Assembly (NCBI GenBank): GCA_023334545.1
Contig: JAADVB010000134.1
Location: forward strand, 1-50,516
Direction: 5' to 3'
Source: Salisapilia sapeloensis CBS 127946
Lineage: Eukaryota > Protista > Oomycota
Length of the DNA: 50,516 nucleotides
Shown here: piece by piece, positions 19,935-31,122 of the stretch
Numbering within the stretch: the stretch's first letter is position 1
Layout of the letters: each line of letters opens with the position of its first letter
Program-made: the position numbers and the translations under genes
Notes under the pieces: generated by a model
The model's input: only the letters and a program-made list of their open reading frames with translations
Database searches by the model: none
Told to the model about the DNA's origin: nothing

Positions 19935-21659
19935 TCAGTCCTCTTGTGCCTCTCCTTTAGCAAACATATCTACTTTCCGCTCGTTCAATTGAGCGGAGAT
20001 CGCATCCACTATTTTAATGTGTCTTCCTAATGCTTGGCGAATACTTCGAATGGTAACTTTATTGTTATCACTCTGCTCCGTTCCAGGATAGTCGCTTTCA
20101 GAATGCAGCTCACTTTCGCTCGGTACTTTTGCAGTGGAGAGTTCATGCCAAAGCATATCTGCGAAAGTTTTCAGCTCGCTCTCCTCTTCATCGCTCCCAC
20201 AACAGTACAAAAACGGTGCTTTAAAATGCTCGGCGGTTTCTACTACATCATGCACCGCGTAGTCTGCCCAAGCTTGGCATAGCAGGTGCGCAGTTGTGTC
20301 CTGCTGAGCGCGCACCATTCGTATCGTGCCAATGACTACTCGAATATCTACTCGATCTGACATGCAAGTATCGAAAGACGAATAAAGCTGATTCGCATGC
20401 TTTCGCCCAAAGTTTGAATACTTGCTTGTGAACAATTCACAGAAGCGTTCTCGAGTCATGCTATGCTGATCGTGTTCATCCGTACTCATTTCCCTCGCAC
20501 CAATTAAAAGTTTCTCCATTTCCTGCAAGACTGGGCGTCGACAAGGTGTCTTCTTCATCAAATTGATAAGCGTTGCCAAGCTGTTCCATCGCAAGGTGAA
20601 ACGATGAAGTTGTAGCATTTCGCACTGCGCTTCATAATCTGAAGATGGAGAATAGCTGGTAGACTCGATAATCGTCATACTTTTTCCTTGCTTTGCTTTG
20701 ACATATACTATCGCATGGTTGACTGGTTCTAACTTGACATTCGCCAGCCATTGCTTTAATTTGTGTCGGTTCTGACGTATTTCTTGCTGTCTCATTCGTT
20801 TCTCATCATCTAGCTTGCGCTCAAGTGCCCGTATGTCCTTTTGTTGCACAGCTTCAACTCTTTCTAAGCAATAATCAATCTGCCCATCTCCTTCTGCTTG
20901 GGATGGAAATTGAAAGTTAGGTGAAGGACACCTGCGCATTGGTGAGTGAAGCTTTACTCCAGTCGGGTAGGCTGAGTCTTCTGGCCAGAGGCAAGGCGTA
21001 TTCAGTACGGGAGGAGTGTACACGTCTGGACGAACTTTCACTTCTAGGTTACTAAGACTCGCAGACGCCTTCAGATCAAAGTTTGGAGCAGATGCATCTT
21101 GCGTGCGACTTGCCATCAGCTTGCTCGTCGAGTACGCTCCATATCGCTTAATGTGGGCATCAATGTTACCGGCAGGGTTATTCGGTGACTTGGAATTCGA
21201 GTTATACCATGGTCTCGGCTTGACTGGCGACACATAACCATAGGCTGGAAGAAGCATTGCACTATTTTCAGCCGGACACTTGATTGGCGAAAGAGGAAGA
21301 GACCATGGATTCATAGTATCCTTTGGTAACTTCTTTGGGCTCGCAGCAGGAGCTTTGAGACGCTTTTGTAGATATTTGTCCTCAGAAGAGGTATCGTATA
21401 ATGCTGTGAGCTCATTCCTCCGTCGAAGAAGTTTCCTGTCGTCGCGCTTATTGCCTCGAGAGTCGAGCTGGCTGTCGTGCAAGGCTCCCTGAAGAATTAA
21501 CTCAACTCGTTCATTCACAGTAACTTTGCTCTTCTTGTGGTATTGTGCAGTGGGTGAAGGGCCTGGCATTGGTAACTTGGTTCTTAAGTAGGATCGATGG
21601 GAATTCTCTATTTGTAGAAGCTGATAGCAATATAATTTTAGATCCTCACTTCTGAGCAT
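19935..21659 (-). CDS. Hypothetical 574-aa protein with a central coiled coil and a C-terminal EF-hand-like pair
   Basis: Long intronless ORF. Coiled coil LERKLDDEKRMRQQEIRQNRHKLKQW. EF-hand-like MTRERFCELF...ANQLYSSFDTCMSDRVDIRVVIGTI, with non-canonical loops. The start may be 21569. Confidence 0.75.
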   Translation of the reverse strand: MLRSEDLKLYCYQLLQIENSHRSYLRTKLPMPGPSPTAQYHKKSKVTVNERVELILQGALHDSQLDSRGNKRDDRKLLRRRNELTALYDTSSEDKYLQKRLKAPAASPKKLPKDTMNPWSLPLSPIKCPAENSAMLLPAYGYVSPVKPRPWYNSNSKSPNNPAGNIDAHIKRYGAYSTSKLMASRTQDASAPNFDLKASASLSNLEVKVRPDVYTPPVLNTPCLWPEDSAYPTGVKLHSPMRRCPSPNFQFPSQAEGDGQIDYCLERVEAVQQKDIRALERKLDDEKRMRQQEIRQNRHKLKQWLANVKLEPVNHAIVYVKAKQGKSMTIIESTSYSPSSDYEAQCEMLQLHRFTLRWNSLATLINLMKKTPCRRPVLQEMEKLLIGAREMSTDEHDQHSMTRERFCELFTSKYSNFGRKHANQLYSSFDTCMSDRVDIRVVIGTIRMVRAQQDTTAHLLCQAWADYAVHDVVETAEHFKAPFLYCCGSDEEESELKTFADMLWHELSTAKVPSESELHSESDYPGTEQSDNNKVTIRSIRQALGRHIKIVDAISAQLNERKVDMFAKGEAQED

Positions 21660-21693
21660 TCATTACATCGCGGAAGAGAATCCCTTGCTTTAT

Positions 21694-22358
21694 ATGGAAA
21701 TGAGTAGCAAGCCAACTAGCGATGGCGCCGTGCGTATAATAATTCATTGCTTTTACAGTACAACTGTGAGTGCAAAGACTGACGAGCTACTTGTGATAGT
21801 CGGAGAGAGTGACGTTGATGGAGCGTCAGTTAGATGAAAAGGGAGATATCTCCATGTTGGCGACCCTGCGTGTACGTAGGCAATAGCATTTATCTACCCG
21901 TTTGTCAGCTTAATAGAATAAAATGCAGATAGGAGAATTGGACAAACTCGTAGCAAGGATTAAACAAAGGAAGCAAACGTGTCTAAGTGCGATGGAGTAC
22001 TACGAACAAGAGGCGCGACTATATATTATAAACCTCTTGAGCACAATGACTCATGCCTAGTCAATGACTGTAGATACGTAACATCGACACTGAGATTGGG
22101 CATATTCGAGAAAGGTATGATCCTTTGTGCAAGCGTTTGGAAGAAAGAAGGCGCGAACGAGCTGCATTGGAAGCCCAATCGAACGACATCAGCAAACAAT
22201 TTGGGGATATTTTATCTACAACCAAGAAGCGTCTTCGCTCGAGCTCTCATCAACACGTCAAGCACATGCAGAGTGAGGCCAGATCGGAGCTTACTGGGGC
22301 AAGAGGGTATTCATTAGGAAAAGATAGTACAGTCTATCAAAAATCACGACCAAAATAA
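21694..22358 (+). CDS. Hypothetical small coiled-coil protein, 4 exons (one predicted GC-AG intron)
   Basis: Exons join in frame to give ...LMERQLDEKGDISMLATLR / IGELDKLVARIKQRKQTCLSAMEYYEQE / IRNIDTEIGHIRERYDPLCKRLEERRRERAALE... The third intron, 22013-22073, needs a GC donor. Confidence 0.55.
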
Positions 22359-22422
22359 GGAATACACAGAAGTAGTGCTGCTTGTTTCATGCCATTGGAG
22401 CAAATAGAGTGCAAATGCTGAT

Positions 22423-24111
22423 CTATAGTGCCACGAGCTTGCTACTTCGGTCGGGTGTGGCCAATGTTTCTTTCTGACTGTTTCCGTCCTTGGCGTCTGC
22501 TGTGTCATTCGAGGCACCTACCAAGTCATTGGTGGCTGTGTTGAAAGGTAAAGGTGCATCTTGATTCAGCTTTTTGAACTGCACGACACGAGTGAAGATG
22601 TATTCGAGTACGTGCTTCGCCTCGCTCTTTTCTGGCTCGAGCTTGGGCAAGATACCGAGAATGTCCGCACTCTCTTTGATGTAGTACTCCAAATCGTCAT
22701 CCGAGCACTTGTTCGTAAGCTGAGCCAGTCGGAGCTGTTCACTCGCAAAGTGCTCATCGAGGTCGAACTGATCTAATGCAGGAGCTGGTAACTCCCGTAG
22801 TGTCGGTGGGAAGACTGCGGATTTAAGTGGCGGAAGTGGGTTTTCAAACTAGTTTGCCATCAGTCTATAAGCGAAAAAGCTTTCGGAAAAGTGTCAGATG
22901 ATGAGTACCTGAGGAGGAATGAGTGATAGTGCTTCGTGCTTAATACGCAGTTGTTTGTACAGTGCGACGGACTCAGGTACGAGAGAAGTGTCAAACTTGA
23001 ACAAAGCATCATCAAAGAGCTGTGTAAAGTCTTTCGGTAGTTCTTCGCTTTCCTGCATACACGACCGGAGCTTTTCACTCAAAGCTTGTGTATCTGGTAG
23101 TCGACAATACTCGTTCGTGTCCGGATCCTCTGCGTCAATGGCGCTGAAATGAATTCGCTTGTCACGAAGTAGCCATCGAAAGAGGATTTCTTGCAACCTT
23201 GAATTCTCTTCCTTGTCAATCCATTCGTCTGTAAAGCATTGAGCTGAGCCCATGACAATTAGACGCCCACTTTTCTTTGGAGGAGCAGAGATGCCGTTTT
23301 CTTGCCATGCTGCCACGACAGCCCGATTGACCGGATAGGAAATGTAGCCGGAGGAAAGGATAGGAGCGGATGGTTTCTTGACATTTAGTGTTGAGCCATA
23401 TGGATAGACGAATGTGAGTCCCTTTTGATCTTTCTCGACGTTTTGAGTGGACTCTGGAGTGGGCACCATCGCTGGTTCGGCCATGGCAGACTCCTTTTTG
23501 CCTGCCAACTCGGACGCCTTGCACAGTGCATTCCGTTAGTTTATTATGCGCCTGAAGGATTCGTACGTCAAGAAGCTTACCACGCGACCAATTTCCCGAT
23601 TGACGACGCCATTGGAAATCAAAACTTCCTTCGGATGGTGGTACTTGTGGTAAACAGTCCGAATGACAGCATCCGGATTGACACCAATACCAAACCTGTG
23701 TACAATGTGCTTTAGTGTGGATTTTATGTAGAAAAAGCCGTGCAGCACCTACTCTTTTAGCCATCCGTTCAGGTTGGTATCCAATGCAGGCTCTCCACCT
23801 TCGGTCAGCATGATCAGGATGCTTTTGCCCTCTTGAAGAAACTCCTTCAGTACTGTGAACTCCGAGGAGCTAAATCGTTCTCTTGGTCCTGCAAATACGA
23901 GGACGTTTGCATCTTTCACCTGCTCTTTCGAAAGATCATCCTTGTTTGTCTCCACTTTGCACATCGACTTGAGCTTACGCGAAAGTCTCTTCATACCACT
24001 TGACGGATAGTAAAGCTCTTTCTTGGACGCATCAAAAAGCACGACATTTGGAATTTTTCCTCCATCTTTATCCTCATTATTGTCCGATCTAGCACTCGAG
24101 AGGGATACCAT
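22423..24111 (-). CDS. IFT52: Intraflagellar transport protein 52, 4 exons
   Basis: VVLFDASKKE, VFAGPRERFS, DAVIRTVYHKYHHPKEVLI, FVYPYGSTLNV, LIPPQ/FENPLPPL..AVFPP.LRELP.PALDQFDLDEHFASE..RLAQLTNKC..DDLEYYIKE. Three GT-AG introns. Confidence 0.95.
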
Positions 24112-24343
24112 CAGTGAACGGAGGTACAGATCGAGCTCGTCGTGACAAGTCGAAGCGTGGCAGATAACGACTCTTCATGATACTTGTCTTGCATAACAAA
24201 TACCATACGGTAGGACTGATGGCTGGAGCTTAAAATCAGACGCGTCAGCAGGGGCGAGGTAGGAACGATCTATACCGCTCTATTTGTTCATCTCTTGCGG
24301 ACAATCGAATTAATAAGACTAGCAGCACAGAAGACCATACACA

Positions 24344-24800
24344 ATGGTACCTTGCTACTACGAGTGGAAGGAGAAGTTGAGAAAGTCACGGAACTAACGA
24401 CATGCATAGGCTGAATTTCGACAAGCAAAGCACACGATTCTGCTGGTGCAGTACACTCGAGACCCAGCGTCTCGTACATATTTAGACTTTGAGTCTGTGA
24501 ATGGTGGCATGGACGGCGTCGTGCGGCTTTATGAGGCAAAGCTGAAGCAACTCAATCCGAATCTAAAGAGCATCCACTACGATATCCAGGACGTGTACAA
24601 CTACATTGACTCGTTGACAGATCTCTCTGCTCTAGTGTACGTATACGCCTGCCGTGTATCTATTGTCTGTCGAGTCGTTGGCTTATCTGTATTCATTTTG
24701 CTCCATTAGTATGGATTTGGAAACCAAGACGTACTTGCCATGCAGCAAAGAGTGGATTAAGAAGAAGGTTTTCCAGGTGCTCAAGAACCAAGGCAGTTAG
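24344..24800 (+). CDS. ERH: Enhancer of rudimentary homolog, 3 exons; the first exon contributes only the ATG
   Basis: HTILLVQ...SRTYLDFESV...YDIQDVYNYIDSLTDLSALV...TYLPCSKEWIKKKVF. First intron 24347-24409; the second intron starts inside the Val codon after LSAL. Confidence 0.93.
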
Positions 24801-24888
24801 GACACAGACATCGTCTGATGATATGAGTAGATTTGGGGAATGTCAACGAACGTCAGATCTATCACTTTCGTACGCTTTCTTGTTGCTT

Positions 24889-25068
24889 TTAATCTTGCCG
24901 CGAGATGAGGTAGATGGATGTTATTTGAGTCAGGATAAGGATCCCGCGAAGTGTCTTTGCCACGAATTCATTGCCGTCTGGATTCGAAAAGCTCGAGAGT
25001 AGATATATGAAGAGAGCATAGCCACTGACGCAGACAGCTAGCTCGACTTCATCCTGAAAGCCGAGCAT
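24889..25068 (-). CDS. Candidate 59-aa small membrane protein (below the ORF-track cutoff)
   Basis: ATG at 25068 to TAA at 24891-24889: MLGFQDEVELAVCVSGYALFIYLLSSFSNPDGNEFVAKTLRGILILTQITSIYLISRQD. Two hydrophobic segments. It fills the gap between ERH and ELOC with 88-nt spacers on both sides. Confidence 0.45.
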   Translation of the reverse strand: MLGFQDEVELAVCVSGYALFIYLLSSFSNPDGNEFVAKTLRGILILTQITSIYLISRQD

Positions 25069-25156
25069 GGATCTGTTATGAACGACCTTTTAAGATATGT
25101 CGGACGTTGGAATCGTCTCAGAAACAATTCGTTCGTAAAAAGTGCTTAAAGCGATT

Positions 25157-25585
25157 ATGGCGGATACTGCAGAGGAGAACAAGGCGGACGACATGGTCAA
25201 GCTCGTGAGGTTCGTTTTAGTGAATCAAAAGTGTGTGCCATGTCATTTATTCCTATCGTGCTAGTGCCGAAGGTCATGAGTTCTACATTAGCCGCGACTG
25301 TGCTATGGTTTCTGGCACGATCCGAGCCATGCTCACTGGTATGCTTTGGCTATTATGAAAGCATATGCGCTCTATTTATCAATGCTATTCTGAATAGGTC
25401 AGTTCAGTGAAAGCAAGGGCGAGATTAAATTCCCAGACATCAGTGCGCCGATTCTGGAAAAAGTTGCGCAGTACATGTACTACAAGACGCAGTTCTCTGA
25501 CAGCACTTCTCGCTTCCCAGACTTTCCGATCGAGCCTGAGATTGCCATGGAGCTCTTGATGGCGGCAAATTACCTCGATTGCTAG
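25157..25585 (+). CDS. ELOC: Elongin C, 3 exons
   Basis: VKLVSAEGHEFYISRDCAMVSGTIRAML / GQFSESKGEIKFPDISAPILEKV..YMYYK...FPIEPEIAMELLMAANYLDC. Introns 25210-25264 and 25339-25397. Confidence 0.95.
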
Positions 25586-25652
25586 ATTAAATTACCAAAG
25601 AATACATTCGTTCTTTGATCGTTACGAGTGCCGAAAGCGACGGTTGACGGGT

Positions 25653-26203
25653 ATGGTCGTCGAGATGACCTTCCGAAGGCTACGTATGTGGCTACAGCTA
25701 TCCGTTTGTGTCAAGACGTGGTACTCGGTTCTGTACTACCCCATCACTCTCCTCCTTCTTATTGAAAAAGTATAATTCAAGTATGTGATCATGTCTTTTG
25801 GATCTTGATAGCGTTCTCGTAGGTATCTACTAGAGGTTTATGGACGGACACAGTACTTGTAAAGGATGCAATCCGATTCATTATCCTTGTTACAAGCGAT
25901 GGAGTGCAAAGCTATTTCACGATGAAAGGAAACTTGGAAGAACAACTTGCTCCATTGGCCAAGGCAGCACTCGTGCTCTTTTGTCTAGTACTGCCGACGA
26001 TGGTGTATTCTACCTTTGGAGCTGCCAATCGAGGTTCTTTTGACATCGTCAGTGGTGCCATATTCAGTGCACTACTTACGCTGGAGCTGGCGTGCCAAGC
26101 GCTGGTACTGAAGAGGATGTTTAAAGGAGAAAAGCATCGATTCCGTAGAGTACAGAGAGAGCGATGGAAACATAAAATAGCACATGCATCTCAGTCTAGC
26201 TAG
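25653..26203 (+). CDS. TMEM17/TMEM216-family (ciliary transition zone) four-TM protein, copy 1, 2 exons
   Basis: Intron 25770-25822 gives WLQLSVCVKTWYSVLYYPITLLLLIEK / ...DAIRFIILVTSDGVQSYFTMKGNLEEQLAPL... The KGNL.E...PL motif and TM spacing resemble TMEM216/TMEM17. Confidence 0.6.
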
Positions 26204-26559
26204 AGAAGATAACTTGCCTGTGTGCAGTGATCAAAAGGATGGCAAAAAACTGTGAGATGCTTTTAAGAAATAAGTGTAATGCATGTCGAGCAAATGACTA
26301 TATTCTACTCATTTAAAGCAAAAGGCCTACATAATAGTTCCAACTTGAGTTTAAAATCAAATTCTCATGAAGCATTTATAGCATACGAGCAGATTCATGG
26401 TTGTTCAAGTCTACTTATGCTAAAAACCACAGCTAGGAGTTTCATAGAGTCTTGGTTGCGCACCAGATATAGACACATCGACTTTACCAAACTTTCCTTC
26501 CCGCATCGCAGCAAGCAAATGACGTCTAACTTGAGACAAAACCTATAACCTCAAGATAA

Positions 26560-27116
26560 ATGTCGACGACTGATATTGAAAACTACGTGATGCGTATTGC
26601 ACGCTTCAAGGCCAAGATGGCAGTAGCATACTTCCCTCAAATGTATTTGGCGCTGTATAATCGAGTAAATTTCTCTACAGTTTGAATCGATGGCTCGCTA
26701 ATTTGATTAATGGCTACTACTAGGCTTTCATCCTTGACTCTTCCAATCCAAACTTTGACTTGGTCCTATTCTGCGGACTATTGGTCCTATTCATAGTGGA
26801 CCTAACTCAGTTGTACTTGACGATGAAAGCAGCAGCATATCCACACTTTACGACTCATGGTAAGGCGTGTGGGCTGACAGTGCTTGTGATATTACCAACA
26901 ACCGGCTTTTACGCTATTGGACCAACTACTTTAAATCTCTGGAAGCAGATTATGAGTGGGGTGATGTTTCAGATGCACTTTGTCCAGTGTCTGTGCCAAA
27001 TGATCATGACAAAGAAGCTGTACGAAGACGAGTGGACACAAGATGATGATTGCCCTCTACGTCTCTTAATGAGGCATAAATGGGACAAGTGGCGTGGTAT
27101 TCGCGCAGAATGCTAG
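26560..27116 (+). CDS. TMEM17/TMEM216-like protein, diverged tandem copy 2, 2 exons
   Basis: Intron 26665-26723 lies at the equivalent position to copy 1. Local matches to copy 1: QLYLTMK/QSYFTMK, GKACGLTVLVILPT/AKAALVLFCLVLPT, IMSGVMF/IVSGAIF, LCQMIMTKKLY/ACQALVLKRMF. Confidence 0.5.
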
Positions 27117-27242
27117 ATTTAAAAGAATACATGCTCCAATTATGACATTTATAGATTTATTGCGTATAGCCTACGCATTGGTGGCGTCGGTTCATGAAAA
27201 GTCTCACCTTAGCATCGTCTTTTAATAAAGCTGATCGATCCA

Positions 27243-28142
27243 ATGTCCGCCGTTCGAAGTATGGAGACATCTCACCGAAGCACTGTACTGCATGATAGTA
27301 GCTAAAGGTGATCAAAAGTATTCATGATTCGTTTGTGCAATGTTAGACGGTGCTTCGATGCAAAGTCGCGCTTGTTGGAGACGCTACGGTGGGAAAAACC
27401 GCAATACTGCAAACGCTTAAAAGCAATGGACACGACTATCCGAAGAACTATGTCATGGTATGTGTACTTTGGTCCAGGGTATGTTTACTACCTTGTCACA
27501 ACAGCAATTTATCATGCGTTGTGATAGACATCAGGCGTTGAACTCAGTGTCAAGTCAGTGCCGATTCCTGACACTAATGTTGTGGTGGAGCTGTATCTAC
27601 TTGACTGTGCCGGTCAGAGCATATTTAATCAACGAGAGTTTGGAGCTTATCATGTAGGCCAAACTATAGTTTCGCATAGCATGATCTGTTCTAACACCTA
27701 CTTTTTAACCTAGTACAAGGATGCTGCGATCGTTGCTGTGGTGTACGATGTGAACAATCGTGAGTCGTTTAAAGCATGCAGTCGTTGGCATCAAGATGTC
27801 ACCACTGCCTCTCCGCAGCACAGCGTACCGGGTATTTCCTGATGTACAAGTCCAAACGACAATATTTTATGAATTTATTTGTAGGAATATTGGTGGCCAA
27901 CAAGACGGATCTTCGAGATGCCAATCGGGATGCCATTTCCAAAAAAGATGGCACCGACTACGCCGAGAATAATGGCCTTACGTATTTTGAATGCTCCGCC
28001 GTACGTGATCATAACAGTTATCTCTACGTATATTGTTTAACATTTAAATGCACAGAAAGACAATGTGGGAATGGATGCTCCTTTTGTCCACATCGCGACA
28101 TGGTTCTACAAGCAATACCAACAAGCTGCTCAAAGTGCTTGA
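27243..28142 (+). CDS. IFT27: Intraflagellar transport protein 27 (RABL4), 6 exons
   Basis: VLRCKVALVGDATVGKTA, YPKNYVM/TSGVE..VK.VPIPDT.VVVELYLLDCAGQ, GILVANKTD, YFECSA. The YPKNY.MT.G motif is characteristic of IFT27. The exact start is uncertain. Confidence 0.9.
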
Positions 28143-29000
28143 GGAAAATGGTACTTCTGCTGCAGTACACAGAATCTTCAAAAGCGCACAATTTATAAAT
28201 TGCTTTCTCACTTTAAAGTGAGTTAATGATCCTCCATTCGACTGTTTATTATTAATGCTTATATATCTTTTGCTGGTCTTCTATCTATCTAGTCGTGGTA
28301 ATAAATATCGAGAAATGATGAAGACACGTAGTAATTACTGCATGACCAAGCCTCCATCGAACTAATGGAGATCTTTGGAAAATGACGCTGCCTTTAAAAT
28401 GGATGATTTGTATACACTTTGAGATATCTGGCTAGACACGAACAGCACTCATCTGGAAACAGTGAAATGACTAGGCAGTCTCTTTGACTTACTTTCGCTG
28501 ATGATACTTTCGCTTCAAACTAACGGAAAACATGAACTCATTGGCTCTTAATAAGGTAGCACGCCAAGATTACGCCTTGAAAGATTGTGAATGAAGGGTA
28601 CCAAGACAATTGAGGACATCTGAATTCTTTGAAGTTGATGCTGGCGATGCAGTTTAAATACCAGACTACCACTTTCGATGAATCTAAGGGTCCCTTCGGT
28701 CGCAGGCAATTTACAATTTTTTGCACTTTTCCTATCGAAATTGTTGATCTAGCATTTCGACTTAAATCGCGGTAGCGTTCGATATCACATTGAGGGCGAC
28801 CAAATTATATTTTTTGGCACCGCCAAATTCGGTGATACCTGGTTTATAATTTGGAATGTGTGGCCACTCATTCTGGACAACTTAATCGCGTCCTATGCTC
28901 TGGCACCGCGACACGCATGATTTTTCTATTCATTAATCGTTGTGAGCATTTACACTCAACCAATTTACAAGGAACTTAGCTCATACGTACGCTTACGCAT

Positions 29001-29913
29001 ATGTGGACTGACAAAAACACTACTTTAATCATTCAGGTAGTGGTGGAAAAGACACTGAGGATGGGAAGAAGAACGACAGGGCTAAATAAAGCGTCATGAA
29101 CGCGAATTTGAATCACCTTTAAAACGAAGGCAAATGTATCTTACAAGCGGTATCAGTTACAGAGCAAGTGGCAGTAGCTGAAGCGAAAATATATGGCATA
29201 TGCAGAGGTAATGAACAACAGTGGGTTTATAGTGTGTTTTACGACTGGCCGATCAACTGCTTCACCTGAGGTGCGGGACCCCTACTTAAAGACGCATCGG
29301 GAAGCAAAAGAGTTCGAAATCACAGGCTTGCCATGCTACGCTCAACTCCATGAGGCTTTGGGTGATGTGATTGTGACAGGAAGGCATGCCACTGCATCTC
29401 TTGAAACCGCTCAATTATACTGATGAGCGTGGTTTAATGGATAATATAGAAGATACAACCGAAATATCTGAAAGTGATTTCACTGCAAATGACATCCATG
29501 AGCAATCTTTCGACTCAGATGCAACAGTTACATCAAGTCAATGCGACCAGGTGCATGCCGATGAGACCTCAAACAGACTGGTCTCGAGTCCTGAACATCT
29601 TCTGCCACCATCAAAGCCACCGTCACGTTCATGCTCATCGACCGGAAAGAGAGTGAGCCAGGCTCTATAAACGATTGCTACATATTACAGTCGACGAGTG
29701 AAAATGAGATCAGCAGAAATACCAATTGAGAGGGGTATTTCAATCTTCTTATCTGCTCTAGGCATGGAAATGGATGCTGTTAAAAGAGCCAATGTAGTTG
29801 ACTACTTCATGAACAATTCAGGCGCCGCAAAAGGCTTTAGCGTTCTCGATCGTATTACTCAAATGGCATGGTTGCATCGTGTTCAGCAAAAACTCGGACA
29901 CGAAACAATCTAA
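29001..29913 (+). pseudogene. Harbinger ORF1 Myb/SANT-like DNA-binding protein, disrupted
   Basis: MWTDKNT...GLNKAS*TRI*...QLQSKWQ*LKRKY...SGF...EVRDPYLKTHREAKEF...LPCYAQL. In-frame stops at 29097, 29109 and 29175, with frame changes downstream. Confidence 0.8.
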
Positions 29914-29969
29914 ATTTACTAGATAGATACCGCATTGTCTATGTTTGCGGGAAACACTAGAGAGTCATT

Positions 29970-31122
29970 TCACATTTGTTTTGCAATACAATCTCTCACT
30001 GTTTTAGCTTCTTCATTGTCTGGTAAGAGTGTCATGTTTGATACGTTGACGGTGTTTGTCGGTTGTTCGTAGGGAATATGGTCAAGTGGACCCATTGGTT
30101 CGTTGCATATGCGGATGAAGTTGTGAAGTGTGAAAGCTGCGAACACTATGTCCACTTGTCGATCGAAAGTGTAGGGTCTCATGCTCTTTAGTATCGGAAA
30201 TTTCTGCTTTACTATTCCGTATGCGTGTTCTATAACATCACAGGTTGAAGAGTGTCTCAAGTTGTAAAGCTCCTCTTTAGATTGTGGTCTTAGTCTTCCT
30301 GCCTGGCACTCCTTGAGATGATAGCGTACTCCACAATATGATGTCAGGGTGTACGAGGTCAATCTGTACCCTGCATTCGCTAGATAGTATTTGCCGTCAA
30401 TTATTGGAAGTCCAGTAGCAATGGCGTCATTGAGTACACGGCCATCATGGGCACAGCCGTCCCATCCAGCAATAACGTATGTAAACTTCATGTCAAAGTC
30501 GCATACGCCAAGACCATTCTGGGAGGTGAGTCCCTTGCGGTTTCTAAATGACCCTGACTCTTCGTTAGGGATACAAGCTGGAACATGTATACCTATAGCA
30601 TGCAAATGATTAGCATATTTGTAGAGAAAGAGAGTTGTAATTCAGGATTAAACTACCATCCAGGGCTCTAAAGCAGTTTCAAAAGTATGGATATAGTTTG
30701 GCATTGGACGCTATTTGGTGTGGGATATCGTCAGTATTTCTAGGTTGCTGCAAGTATCTTGATTATATGATCATAAACGCATCAAGTACTTCATGGACTA
30801 CAAGTGACGCTGTAGAGCCGCTTGTCTGCCATCTTTCCCCGGCCGCCCGATTTGTTGTACTGCACAAAACATTTAGCATCATCATTAACTTATGCCCACC
30901 GTTCAAGTAGCTAGTTGAATTCAACTTCCCAGTTTCTTCAAGCACAAAAATTAGATGCATGAAGGTGCTGCGTTGCATCCATGCCATGTCGTAAAATCTT
31001 GCTTCGTTCATGGATTCAATTATTTCCTTGTAGTAATCGAAGCCTTCTAAAGTCGAGTCTGCTCGAGGTTCGTTCACATACCATCCTTTAATCACATGGC
31101 CCGAAAGTGCTAGGGCACTCAT
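29970..31122 (-). pseudogene. Harbinger (HARBI1/DDE_Tnp_4-type) transposase, disrupted
   Basis: YPYF*NCFRALDG / IHVP...FRNRKG..SQN..VCDFDMKFTYVIAGWDGCAHD...YYLANAGY...YNLRHS...VIEHAYG..K.KFPIL...LHNFIR. Stops at 30765-30763 and 30681-30679. An intron lies inside the D-G codon pair of the first catalytic motif. Confidence 0.9.

Noticed and set aside
24112-24300. Possible RFX X-box motifs upstream of ciliary genes
   Set aside because: Only partial half-sites were found, none shared among IFT52, IFT27 and the PIERCE-like gene.
26640-26760. Apparent frameshift in the second TMEM-like gene
   Set aside because: On recounting, the phase-0 intron 26665-26723 joins the exons in frame, so it is not a pseudogene.
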